A stretch of DNA of 33,388 bases from positions 45,051,910-45,085,297 of the forward strand of contig NC_068984.1 in the NCBI RefSeq assembly GCF_001194135.2, given 5' to 3'. This document shows, one piece after another, positions 21,601 to 33,307 of this stretch (positions within the stretch are counted from its first letter, which is position 1; each line of letters begins with the position of its first letter). Origin of the DNA: Octopus bimaculoides. Its lineage: Eukaryota. A program made the translations under genes and the position numbers. The notes under the pieces are model-generated. The model was not told where the DNA came from, made no database searches, and saw nothing but the letters and a program-made list of their open reading frames with translations.

Positions 21601-22107
21601 ATAAGTTAAGAAACGTCATTGCGTTCCATATCAGTCAAAATAATATATTAATAATAACTGCGTATTCTTTCTTCCGTTCTTTCTTTCTTCTGTCTTTTCT
21701 TTTCTTTTTTCTTGTCTTTCTTTCGATTCACTCCGATTTGTTGTACATTCGTTGTTCATTGAGACCACACTTCGAAAAAGCAGCTGATGTGAGTGAAGGG
21801 GAAAGAATGCTCTGGGCGTTTGGAACGGAAGTTAATTCATGTCAGTGAAATACGGTCAGAATATGGTTGATGTTAAAACTTAGATTTCATCACAGGCAGT
21901 CGGCACCTGTGATGTAATTTTTAATTAAAAACAGAGGATAAACGCTACTATGTACATATACAAACATTATCATATGCACGCACACACACACATACGCATA
22001 CACACTTACATGTACATGGATGCAAACATATTTCAGTGCCAGCGCAATGAGAAGCGCGGAAACATACATGTTTATACATGACCGTATGCACAAGCATACT
22101 TATAATC

Positions 22108-22167
<60 letters not shown>

Positions 22168-22694
22168 NNNNNNNNNNNNNNNNNNNNNNNNNNNNNNNNN
22201 NNNNNNNNNNNNNNNNNNNNNNNNNNNNNNNNNNNNNNNNNNNNNNNNNNNNNNNNNNNNNNNNNNNNNNNNNNNNNNNNNNNNNNNNNNNNNNNNNNNN
22301 NNNNNNNNNNNNNNNNNNNNNNNNNNNNNNNNNNNNNNNNNNNNNNNNNNNNNNNNNNNNNNNNNNNNNNNNNNNNNNNNNNNNNNNNNNNNNNNNNNNN
22401 NNNNNNNNNNNNNNNNNNNNNNNNNNNNNNNNNNNNNNNNNNNNNNNNNNNNNNNNNNNNNNNNNNNNNNNNNNNNNNNNNNNNNNNNNNNNNNNNNNNN
22501 NNNNNNNNNNNNNNNNNNNNNNNNNNNNNNNNNNNNNNNNNNNNNNNNNNNNNNNNNNNNNNNNNNNNNNNNNNNNNNNNNNNNNNNNNNNNNNNNNNNN
22601 NNNNNNNNNNNNNNNNNNNNNNNNNNNNNNNNNNNNNNNNNNNNNNNNNNNNNNNNNNNNNNNNNNNNNNNNNNNNNNNNNNNNNNNNNNNNNN

Positions 22695-22761
<67 letters not shown>

Positions 22762-23259
22762 ATTGTTTCTTATTGGTTACGCTCTCTATCAAACTGTCAT
22801 GATAACACAACAAGAGTGTCAATAACTAAACAAAAATGTGTTTATAATTCTGTGTAATGTATCTATAAACATGCCTCAATAGCTTTTCTTGGAAACTGCA
22901 CACCTCGAACTAAGTACATCCGCTTCCAAATGTTATCATCTCATTTTGCAAATTTAACAATTCTCTTAACTTTTTAAGGCTTGTGTACTGATGTAGTTCC
23001 GGAATTGTTTCGCACTTTTGGATTGGTCGATTAATTATCAACCACATATATCTGGAACAAATTCAGTATTGAAACTTCCCGGGTTATTGTTGTTATTGTT
23101 TGTGTTCTATGTGAGTCCCGATCGGGCTGACCTATAATGAAGGACATCCCAACCTTGACCAGCTCGTCTGTTTTTGTATATCTCTGTAATATGCATGTCT
23201 GTGTGATAAGAAGCTTATTTTCCAACGACATGTGTTCCAGTGTGCGACATCTTGGGCAT

Positions 23260-23397
23260 GTGTACTTATTTTATCGAACCCGAAAAGATGAAAAGCAAAG
23301 TCAACTTCGGCGCATTTTGAAATCGGAACGTAGAGACGGACGATATGCACTAAGCATCTTGTTCGGTGTGCTAACGATTCTGTCATCTTGCCTCCTT
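23260..23397 (-). mobile_element. SINE family B, 5' half
   Basis: GTACTTATTTTATCGAACCCGAAAAGATGAAAAGCAAAGTCAAC...CTAAGCAT...GCTAACGATTCTG is the reverse complement of the family B head and core. Confidence 0.75.
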
Positions 23398-23448
23398 AAA
23401 AGCAACTTTAAACTATAAAAAGAAAAAAACAGAAGTATTCATATATAT

Positions 23449-23500
<52 letters not shown>

Positions 23501-24218
23501 NNNNNNNNNNNNNNNNNNNNNNNNNNNNNNNNNNNNNNNNNNNNNNNNNNNNNNNNNNNNNNNNNNNNNNNNNNNNNNNNNNNNNNNNNNNNNNNNNNNN
23601 NNNNNNNNNNNNNNNNNNNNNNNNNNNNNNNNNNNNNNNNNNNNNNNNNNNNNNNNNNNNNNNNNNNNNNNNNNNNNNNNNNNNNNNNNNNNNNNNNNNN
23701 NNNNNNNNNNNNNNNNNNNNNNNNNNNNNNNNNNNNNNNNNNNNNNNNNNNNNNNNNNNNNNNNNNNNNNNNNNNNNNNNNNNNNNNNNNNNNNNNNNNN
23801 NNNNNNNNNNNNNNNNNNNNNNNNNNNNNNNNNNNNNNNNNNNNNNNNNNNNNNNNNNNNNNNNNNNNNNNNNNNNNNNNNNNNNNNNNNNNNNNNNNNN
23901 NNNNNNNNNNNNNNNNNNNNNNNNNNNNNNNNNNNNNNNNNNNNNNNNNNNNNNNNNNNNNNNNNNNNNNNNNNNNNNNNNNNNNNNNNNNNNNNNNNNN
24001 NNNNNNNNNNNNNNNNNNNNNNNNNNNNNNNNNNNNNNNNNNNNNNNNNNNNNNNNNNNNNNNNNNNNNNNNNNNNNNNNNNNNNNNNNNNNNNNNNNNN
24101 NNNNNNNNNNNNNNNNNNNNNNNNNNNNNNNNNNNNNNNNNNNCTAGTTATAAATGTTCTAAAATCTACACAGCCTTGGTTTTTAACTCATTACGAAAAA
24201 TAAATCTATCTATCTAGC

Positions 24219-24268
<50 letters not shown>

Positions 24269-24279
24269 CGTGTGTGCGC

Positions 24280-24320
<41 letters not shown>

Positions 24321-24571
24321 CAAATGAATAATAACAGACGATAGATAAATGTCAGTTCATTACAGTTGTTTCATACGCAATTTTTAATAGAAGCCCCTAA
24401 GCGCTTAAAACTTGTAGGGGTCGTTTTCTCTGTGTGCACAACCTGAATATCCCGATATTTAATCGACCATAGATGGTGAACACATGTTTTTCCATCTCTA
24501 CCTGCCTACCTGGTGCATATTCTTTTAAGTGCTTGATTTTAACAAGAGTCCTTATTATTATTATCGCTATT

Positions 24572-25134
24572 ATTGAGTGAGAGAGCAGTGCATGCCATCA
24601 AAGTGACACTGAGGTAAAATATACGAAGCCCATTATACCCATCATGACTACCCGTCTGATAAGGGTACACCAGGCACATGCATCACAATCATATGTGCGC
24701 GACATGGTGATCTCATATCAAAATAAACAGCGCATGACCTCGCAGGTGGGGCCCAGTTAGAATTTTCTTCACGTCGAGAAGCCCATCCCACTCAAAAGGT
24801 CCCTGAATAAGGTTTGTTTAAGGACGTTGAGCAAAACACCCATGTTTCGGAAGGTGAATTATTCAGACCCTAAAGAATTCCTCTCAATACATGGCTGTGA
24901 TGCTCCCCGACTACTTCTGCTCATGATCAAAGGTGCACAAATCGTCAGCCACCAAGGGACATGCTCAACTGGTTAAGGTCAAACAATTGACAAGCAAATC
25001 TGTGGTATTAAGCAGAATATTTGCTGTAGCCCATCTTTTGTATCAAGACAAAACAATGTACATGATAACACTTCCAATCAATTGAGATCAGAAGCCATGA
25101 GAGCCACTACCTGGTACTGCATCCGGGCATTGGC

Positions 25135-25137
<3 letters not shown>
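24572..25137. repeat. Unclassified ~560-bp interspersed repeat bounded by TAA-type repeats
   Basis: Complex, higher-GC block with sharp ATT-repeat boundaries at both ends and no long ORF. I recall it as an abundant octopus repeat; unverified. Confidence 0.45.
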
Positions 25138-25200
<63 letters not shown>

Positions 25201-25201
<1 letters not shown>

Positions 25202-25339
25202 TTGTTTGACTTTTGTTTTGCATTTGTAGAAGTTGGATCCAAGTCTCACCCAGAGACCTCAAGAGACAACAAGCTAGAAGTTCATGTAGGTGTTATGCCT
25301 AGGGTACCATATATTTGGATTTGTACAGTTTTGTTCTAG
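25201..25339 (-). mobile_element. Probable 3' UTR of a Dong/R4-like LINE ending in a (TAA)n tail
   Basis: Same strand as, and downstream of, the RLE fragment at 25459-25566. Ends directly in (TAA)n at 25138-25200. The family link is recalled, not demonstrated, and an N gap intervenes. Confidence 0.45.
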
Positions 25340-25403
25340 NNNNNNNNNNNNNNNNNNNNNNNNNNNNNNNNNNNNNNNNNNNNNNNNNNNNNNNNNNNNN
25401 NNN

Positions 25404-25458
<55 letters not shown>

Positions 25459-25463
<5 letters not shown>

Positions 25464-25566
25464 CCCAGGGCACCTATGACAATAGGTATTGTTTTCGTCT
25501 TCAGATTCCACATTTTGCTAATTTCTATTTCAAGATCTTTATATTTGCTTTAGATCTTTATATTTG
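25459..25566 (-). mobile_element. Dong/R4-clade RLE fragment embedded in (TAA)n
   Basis: Minus strand reads SKYKDLEIEISKMWNLKTKTIPIVIGALGMI, the characteristic R4/Dong RLE C-terminal block. Confidence 0.85.
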
Positions 25567-25760
<194 letters not shown>

Positions 25761-25887
25761 TATATACACACACGTGTTCGTGTGTGTGTACGTATGTTAT
25801 ATATCAGTATATACAAATGCATGCATTAACGAAGACGTAGTTATTATAAATACACAACCACGTACATATGTGTGTATGTGTGTGTGT

Positions 25888-25932
25888 CTATAGTGCCCCA
25901 GCAGGGCCGCAGTCAAATTATAAACCATTGAA
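25888..25932 (+). mobile_element. SINE family C 3'-terminal fragment
   Basis: GTGCCCCAGCAGGGCCGCAGTCAAAT matches the family C 3' end. Confidence 0.5.
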
Positions 25933-26480
25933 AGGGTGTATGTATGTATGTATGTATGTATGTATGTATTATGTGTGTGTGTGTGTGTGCAGACGGAGAG
26001 AGATGCGTAGAGAGAGAGGGAGACAAGAAGAAAATGAGAGAAAGCAGTAAAGCTTATAACAAAACGAACTTTGAAAAATGAATGCACATATTGAAATCGA
26101 TAAATATACAAGATTACTTAAACACATTGCGTTTCTGGTAATCAGATGACCACAGATGCTACTGGTCACATGACGAACTGCAGATGGCGAACTGCAAGGA
26201 GAATCATAAGTATTTCTTGCTCGCAGTAACACAACGTATGCAGGAAAATAAAATATCTTACTCATGAATTTCATTACGTGGCTTAATTTTATTGATATTT
26301 TTAACATAACTGCTCTTTTCTGTAAATTAATTGAAAATTCCATTCGAGCACTTTTACCCGTTACAAATATACGGAATACTTTGCGAAAGTATACGCATAT
26401 TTATAATATATATATTCGTATTTTATTTCGTTTATGGATTTGGTTTGCAAGATTCTTTATGTGAGTTCGTCTTGAAGCCC

Positions 26481-26659
26481 ATTTTGCTGTGTCTAGGGAG
26501 AGTCATTCTCTTTTAATGCCTTATTATTTAACACACTCACCGTTTCAGTTTCCATTCATTTACTTATTTATTTTTCCTAAAATTTTAGCTGCGCCATACA
26601 AATTTTTTAATAATCGTAAAGCACATAAAGAGAATGACTCTCCCCAGACACAACAAAAT
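26481..26659. repeat. 33-bp inverted repeat pair, MITE-like
   Basis: 26481-26513 versus 26627-26659, 31 of 33 positions complementary. Confidence 0.75.
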
Positions 26660-27629
26660 ATTCGTATTTGTTTTCCGGATATTTTGGCCGCTATTATATA
26701 TTGCTGGCTTACGTGCTACAACCTGATATTCCTCTTTGCAGTCCCATTGACGAAGGCATTACGTGATGACTAGGCATCTATCTGAAAGAAAAACAATGAA
26801 CTATTAGAATATGGAATACATATTAAATATCTATTTCCATAAGTGACTTTATTATATTTTCAAGTATCTCTTCATATGAGCTCTACTTAAACATTATACG
26901 CTATAGCTTTAAGTCGGTTTCTTTTCACAGAAGTTCGTTGCCAGGGGCTAATCTTAGATCACGGCGTAGTTTCCGATAAAAGGTCAGATGACAGCAAACG
27001 TCAAACTCGGTAATGTAAAAAACTTGTTGCTGGAGCTTGTTGGTCTGGTACCACCTCCACTCAAGCACTTCTATCCCGCTCGTCTCTTCTCTCATCATTC
27101 CTATCACTTTGTTGTGACCAACCTCCCATTCGTAACAACTTCACTCACAAAGGTTCGAATATTGCTATTCACATGAGTGGCAACAATTTTACTGGTCTGT
27201 GAGAGCCAGAAAAGGCCAAGGGCATTAAGCTTTCTCTACACCAAACAAATGTGAAGGTTTTTTGAAAAAAATCTGTTTAAGAATAAAAATATTAAGAAAA
27301 AAACACTGTTGTATGTTTTGTTTCATTAATCATATTTGCGTATATCAAAATTATGAATAAACGGCTTTCTCAAGATACTCAAGCATTAATATGGATTTAT
27401 GTTTAAAAAGAAAAACCTATACAGATGGCCCTCTGTTTGGTAATCTCTGATCTGTTTTATCACCACAGTAATGGTCTCTCCTGTGGCTACCTACATATTC
27501 TTTCCACCCACGTACAATTATTCCACTTATCTTTCCTCTACTTGCAACCCTTAATGTATTTCACTTCCCAGTATATACAATAAACTTTCCTTCTAATCTT
27601 TTTTGCACAGACGTGCGACCCACTGACTG

Positions 27630-27750
27630 TGCGTTGGACAAAATGCTGAGCGGTATTTCTTCCTGCTCTTCACGTTCTCCGTTCAAATCTTGCCAAGATC
27701 AACTTTGCTTTTCATCCATTCGGGGTCGATAAAATAAAGTACCAGTCAAG
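27630..27750 (+). mobile_element. SINE family B fragment
   Basis: GGACAAAATGCTGAGCGGTATTTC...GTTCAAAT...TTTCATCCATTCGGGGTCGATAAAATAAAGTACCAG. Confidence 0.75.
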
Positions 27751-28889
27751 GACTTTTTAGGGGTAAGCAAATAGGAAATAATAGTTGGTACGCAAGGATA
27801 AAAATCGTGTTACACAGTGTCATCGACACGACGTTTTACATCTGTGCTACAATTGCCTGACTGAGCACAAGTATATTTGTTTAAATTTATAAATATGCAT
27901 CTTGTTACACAAGTAGTTCTGTCCTCATGTTTGTGAAATTTTCCGAAGCTTTCTTTAATTTCACACAGTCCAATATAATCTACAACTGTAGAGCATTAAA
28001 TTGTATTTGAAATATTAGTCCTTTTATCCAATTTCATAGTAACGAGCAACGATCTTGTAATCTTTCTCTTTAATATAATTTTTTCTTTCACATGCAAGCC
28101 TACTGCTTCAATCAAGCCTTTGTATATCTTGATAGAAACACCTGAAAAAGCAGATAATGCTGGGCAAATTTTTCGTCATATTTTATGGTGAAATTCAGTA
28201 ATGTCTACGATTAAACGAATATTTTACTTACCTTGTCATTGTAAAATGCAAGTTGTCTTTTACTTAAATGCAGGTCACCGATATTTTTTCTCTCTCTCTC
28301 TATTTGTGTCTCTATTCTTCTTTACCTTTTTATTGTGAATTTCAATGCTTATTTATTTTGCTTATCTATCCTCAAGTTGATTATTGTTCAATCAAATGTT
28401 TTCAATGATATTTATCATTCATAAACCGCACAAATGTTTTGTGTTTACTTAAAATCTTACGTAAACTTCTAGTGTTTACATAAAACCGTACGTAAATTAT
28501 TTAAACCTCAATATGTGGTTTTTATCTACACACTTTAAATATAGAAAATAGCAAACATGGGAAACACGAGAGTCTATCTTTTGTAATACAGCCACGCAGT
28601 CATTCCATATTGCAGCATATGTGATATGAAATCTTTCAATCATCTTCCTATCGTTATCTTCAATTCCTGCATTACTTTACCATTCTTAATCACGTTCGAC
28701 TTTTCTCCATAAAACTGCTTAGAAATATTTTTTAGATTCACTCTCCATTTTTGAAAAAAGATTGTAAAATCATATACATCTCTGATTACCAATATAAAAC
28801 TTCTCAAAAGTATTCAATAATAATAGTATTGAAGTACGAAAGTATTTAATAACTTCTAACCTCAGCTCAACAAAATAATGAAGTTCAAA

Positions 28890-29181
28890 AGAAAAAAGTA
28901 TATTGGTATATGTGACATTGAATTTAGAACAAGATATGCAAACTGTCAATCTTCTTTCCGATACGTAGATAAGAAAACTATTAAGTTAGCTAGCCATATT
29001 TGGGATCCGAAAGCCAACAATACACCACACATTAGCAAGTGGAATATCGCAGAACAATCCACGCCATATGCAAGTTTGTTTAGCCGAAGTAGTTCGTATC
29101 CTTTTAAATCTAAGAACCCTACCATCCTATTGAATTCAATGAGATTTTCAATGAATGTAATCATGTAAGTAAGTTTCTGTG
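28890..29181 (+). mobile_element. Penelope-like element GIY-YIG endonuclease fragment
   Basis: KYIGICDIEFRTRYANCQSSFR…KLASHIWDPK…KWNIAEQSTPY…ILLN, then FNECNHVSKFL* after a frameshift. This matches the Penelope YIG..F+.R+..H..SF…LS..IW..K…W.I…PY pattern. Confidence 0.8.
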
Positions 29182-29569
29182 ATTGACCTGGAAAACACCA
29201 CCCTCTCCAGCTTAAGCATGCAGTCTCACAAACTTTAACTTTTTCTCGTTCAGTTAATTACACCAACTATATTAGTTTCATTCTAACGGGCTAAAGTGGC
29301 GAAATATTTATCTCCGTTCCCTCCATGCTCCTTTTTACTTTATCTCATTCCACCCCTTTATTTTACTTTTTTACCCTTGTTCTTTCTCACTTTTACTCAA
29401 AGAGCAGCTACGTTGTATTTTGAGTTTAGATGATCTGAAAATATACGGCATAGTATACAAGCTTGTCCAACCATTCTATTATCAGAAACAGGAAATTCAT
29501 AGTAGCTCGCATTTAATTCCTGTGTATATTAAATTATGTCTGCATGTGTACATACATAGAAACATATAT

Positions 29570-29681
<112 letters not shown>

Positions 29682-29807
29682 CTGCATACATTGCAGAGCC
29701 TCATAAATGTAATACAGTGAGTTAAAAAGCTTCGGTTAACATAAACTAACAAGATGAAGTCAGTACAGTTGAGGATGGATCGCGTCTGCAAAGTCAATCA
29801 ATGAAAG

Positions 29808-29848
29808 CATCGGACAAGTTTCGATCATGTTTGATCTCACCAGTGAAG
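29808..29848 (-). ncRNA. Minimal type I hammerhead ribozyme-like sequence (core A6G variant)
   Basis: CUUCA-CUGGUGA-GAUCA(AACA)UGAUC-GAAA-CUUGU-C-CGAUG: perfect 5-bp stem II, GUC triplet, imperfect stem I. Confidence 0.6.
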
Positions 29849-30401
29849 TATATCACCTCTGTTGTCTTGACTTAGAAATGATGAGTATATATATGTAGAT
29901 ACGAGTGAGTGGACAAACGAAAGAACGGCCACCAACACATTTATTGAGAGTTACATGCATGAATCAATGCAAATTCGTTGGTACTCCGAGTTTCAAGCGT
30001 GATGCTAATCTTCGACTATTTAGAACTTGAATGAGAAAAGTTGATCGTTATTACCGTAAGCTGGGCTGCGATTGGTCGAGGAAGGTCACGCGGTGTCATA
30101 GCTTGATGTCGGCATATCAGCGACAGCGGTTACTTGGAAAATACCGACAGGAGATCCCTCGCGTGGTGGACATGAAATAGGTCGGGTGCTTGATGGGGAA
30201 GTAGGATATATATATATATGTATATATATATAAATATATATATTTGGAGTATGCTGGAAATTCCTTGATGCAATTATAATATTTGGAGAGGAGAGAAAAA
30301 ATCCTCTCTCCAAATATATATATATATTACTCACAGAAATTCCAACTTTGCCTCGAATTTCTTTGAGTAATGTATTCTTCTTTACATAATCATACAGACC
30401 C

Positions 30402-30451
<50 letters not shown>

Positions 30452-30916
30452 AGAGAGGAGGGTTACGGGGTAGGGACTCTAATTAAGAATTTCAAAAATA
30501 AGGCCGAGAGAAAATCCTTCAACAGAGCGTTCTACGTATTTAATACAAAAACGATAAGGGGCTTCTATATGTTATACAGAGAGTTGGAAAACTTAGGTTA
30601 GCCGAAACTATTGTTACAGTTAGAACACAGAAACTTTCTATATAGTAGTTTTTCTGATCTAATTGTAATCCCAAATTCAGTAAGCAAGGGAGATAATTCA
30701 TATTTGTAGATCCTAAAGAGAAAATGAGAATTCAGTTTCAGTAGATTTTGACTTTAAAGGCAATTAGAGAAAAAGAGAAAAAATAACTGAAACTTGGCTA
30801 CTAACCGAGATTCACATCGAGTTTTGAGAAATATTCAGCGATCTTTGAAAAACTTGATTGAAGAACGATACAGTCTCTAAGTGAACAATGATAAGGAAAT
30901 TTTGGTTTCAAGTTAT

Positions 30917-31118
30917 GGCACAAGCGCAGATATTTCAGGGGAGGGTTTTAGTCGATTGCATCAACCGTAATTCTCAACTGGTAATCATTTTTGGCGATCC
31001 CAAAGGTGAAATTCATAGTTGACAACAGCGGAATTTAAAATCAGGACATAAAAAGACGGAAGAGATGCCACCTAGAATTTTGTCCGGCGTGCGAAAGATT
31101 CTTCCAGCTCGCCACCTT
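30917..31118 (-). mobile_element. SINE family B, degenerate near-full-length copy
   Basis: GGGGAGGG...AGTCGATTGCATCAACC...AACTGGTA...GCGGAATTT...GTCCGGCGTGC...CCAGCTCGCCACC. Confidence 0.7.
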
Positions 31119-31184
31119 CAAATAAGGAAATATAGTTCATTCTTCTCTAAGCACAAAGTCTGAAATTTATTGGGAAACGGAAGT

Positions 31185-31278
31185 TAATTTCGTCGACCCA
31201 ATACTCAACTGGTACTTATTTTATCGACTGCAAGAGGCTGAACGGCAAAGTCGACTTGGACGGCATTTAAACTCATAA
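31185..31278 (-). mobile_element. SINE family B fragment
   Basis: TCGACCCAATACTCAACTGGTACTTATTTTATCGAC...GGCAAAGTCGAC. Confidence 0.75.
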
Positions 31279-31565
31279 ATAAGAAAATATAATGACAGAC
31301 AAAAGCAAAACAAACGATTGCATTAAATATACAATGAGAGTATTTCACACGTCTTTCTACATATATTCTATAGTTAAATGTTTTTCATTAATCCCATACA
31401 AGCGGAGACATGGATCTTATATGGTCTGCAATGGAGTATCTACTCTCAATTAGCATTCTCTTGTTTATGCTATTGTATCTGTTACTCTTTCTGTTTAACT
31501 CCAGACACGCCTTGATTGTGCAGAATTGGGATCAAGATCATTTCAATCCCTACTCAAGCATAATA

Positions 31566-31932
31566 AGCGCAGGCGTGGCTGTGTGGTAAGAAGCTTGCTT
31601 CCCAACCACATAGTTCCAGGTTCAGTGGCAACCTGGGTAAGTGCCTTCTACAATAGCCTCGGGCCGACGAAATCCTTGTGAGTGGAATCCTTGGTAGATG
31701 GAAGCTAAAAGTATATATGTGTGTGTGTTTGACCCCACCACCACCATCGCTTGACAACTGATGTTGGTATGTTTATGTCCCCGTAACTTAGCGGTTCGGT
31801 ATAAAAAGAGACTGATAGAATAAGTACTAGGCTTACAAAGAACGACTTCTCAGATCGGGTTCTTCGACTAAAACTCTTTAAGGCGGTGCTTCAGCGAGGC
31901 CGCAGTCAAGTGACTGAAAAAAGTAAAAGAAT
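31566..31932 (+). mobile_element. SINE family C, near full length
   Basis: A-box-like TGGCTGTGTGG at 31576-31586 and B-box-like GGTTCAGT at 31619-31626. Ends GGCCGCAGTCAAGTGACTGAAAAAAGTAAAAGA. Confidence 0.85.
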
Positions 31933-32980
31933 AATGTACATTTAGGACCGCCTCATACAATGTAACTTCTTTTAATTTAATTTCAGAGGAATTCGGTTGT
32001 TATCCTAACACTCGACTAAAGCAAATATCAATAAACTATTGAAATCGATTTAATCGTTTATACCCACTACACCAAAATCTATGATCCTCTGATTTAGCTC
32101 CTGTTGGGCGTCGAAACCGTTCTGCATGCATCCATTCAGTGTTCATGCATTGCCAACTTGTCGGCTTGGTTGTTGAAAAGATGCTTTCATATCTAAGACA
32201 GAACCTGTTATCAGCTGTGCGTATTGTTAAAACTAACCCACCGCCTTCCATTGGCGAGAAGGGGAGACTTATTTTCTTCTGCCTGGTATCTATAGGGAAG
32301 CAAGGTGCGTCGTGGACGAAGCTAAAATGTTTTAGCATAATGCATTTTCTCTTTGTTTAAGACCTTATCAAAATATTCAAGTACCATTGAGGGTTAATAG
32401 AAGGTTTGTCCTTCCATACGTTTTACAAAATGTGAGATCTGTGACAGTGGCGAAGATAAACAGATCTCCACTGACTACAGCAGGAATCTGAACATTTACC
32501 TTCTATCTCTAGCAGGTCGAGTGACAACGTGGTTGCTTCTTTGCAGTAGTAGTCGCAGCAGGCAGAAGCAGAAGTAGTTTTTGCGTTTTTGTCGTGTTTG
32601 CCGCTATTGTTTATAAACGGAAAACTAAATTTCAAGTTTTAATGACAATGGTGGGAGCTAGAAAGCGTCGTTGGTGGGCTAGGAAGACAGACAAGAAATA
32701 AGGGCGGAAAGTGAGGGAAATATTTCGAGAGAAAATAATAACAGCGGCGAAATTATATATGTAACATTTATGAATTAAGTGTTAGGTGGCACAGTCTCAC
32801 GGGTTCGTTAAGGTAACACGTTAAACATGTAAGACATACTTTCATTCTTCTAAAATGTTAACCCGTTTCACAGCACTTGTAAAAGTTCTATGTATTCAAT
32901 ATGTATGTATGTATTGTTATGTAACTATGTATGTGGGTGGGTGTTTATACATATATGTGTGTGTATTTGTATCCCTATAT

Positions 32981-33284
32981 GTTGTTGCTGGCACTCCGTC
33001 GCTTACGACATCGAGGGTTCCAGTTGATCCAATCAACGGAACAGCCTGCTCGTGAAATTAACGTGCAAGTGGCTGAGCACTCCTCAGACACGTGTACCCT
33101 TAACGTAGTTCTCGGGGATATTCAGCGTGACATAGTGTGTCAAGGCTGACCCTTTGAATTACAGGCACAACAGAAACAGGAAGTAAGAGAAAGTTGTGGT
33201 GAAAGAGTACAGCAGGGTTCGCCACCATACCCTGCCGGAGCCTCGTGGAGCTTTAGGTGTTTTCGCTCAATAAACACTCACAAC
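32981..33284 (-). mobile_element. SINE family A, 5'-truncated copy
   Basis: Reverse complement aligns along its length with 790-1158. The supplied ORFs share VGTPSLTTS(K/R)VPVDPING. A TATG-like tail lies on its 3' side. Confidence 0.85.
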
Positions 33285-33304
33285 ATATGTTCATGCACAT
33301 ATAC

Positions 33305-33307
33305 GTA

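Noticed and set aside
22110-22742. (TG)n and (CA)n facing each other across a gap, as a giant inverted repeat
   Set aside because: The relationship across 527 N is unknown; it may reflect contig orientation or two independent tracts.
24572-24720. HDV-like ribozyme at the end of the 560-bp TAA-flanked element (GUGCAUG/CAUGCAU with G-U)
   Set aside because: No P3/L3, P1.1 or J4/2 elements could be placed; it is only a simple stem.
26960-27180. Possible RTE ORF end on minus (…GH…VLEWRWY…)
   Set aside because: Only a few residues match; not distinguishable from chance by eye.
28225-28275. Perfect minus-strand donor AAG|GTAAGT (ACTTACCTT at about 28227-28235)
   Set aside because: No convincing upstream acceptor or recognisable exon; a 9-mer match can be chance.
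31566-31640. tRNA genes at SINE heads (also 769-790, 5275-5360, 7690-7775)
   Set aside because: A- and B-box remnants lack a full cloverleaf and continue into SINE bodies.
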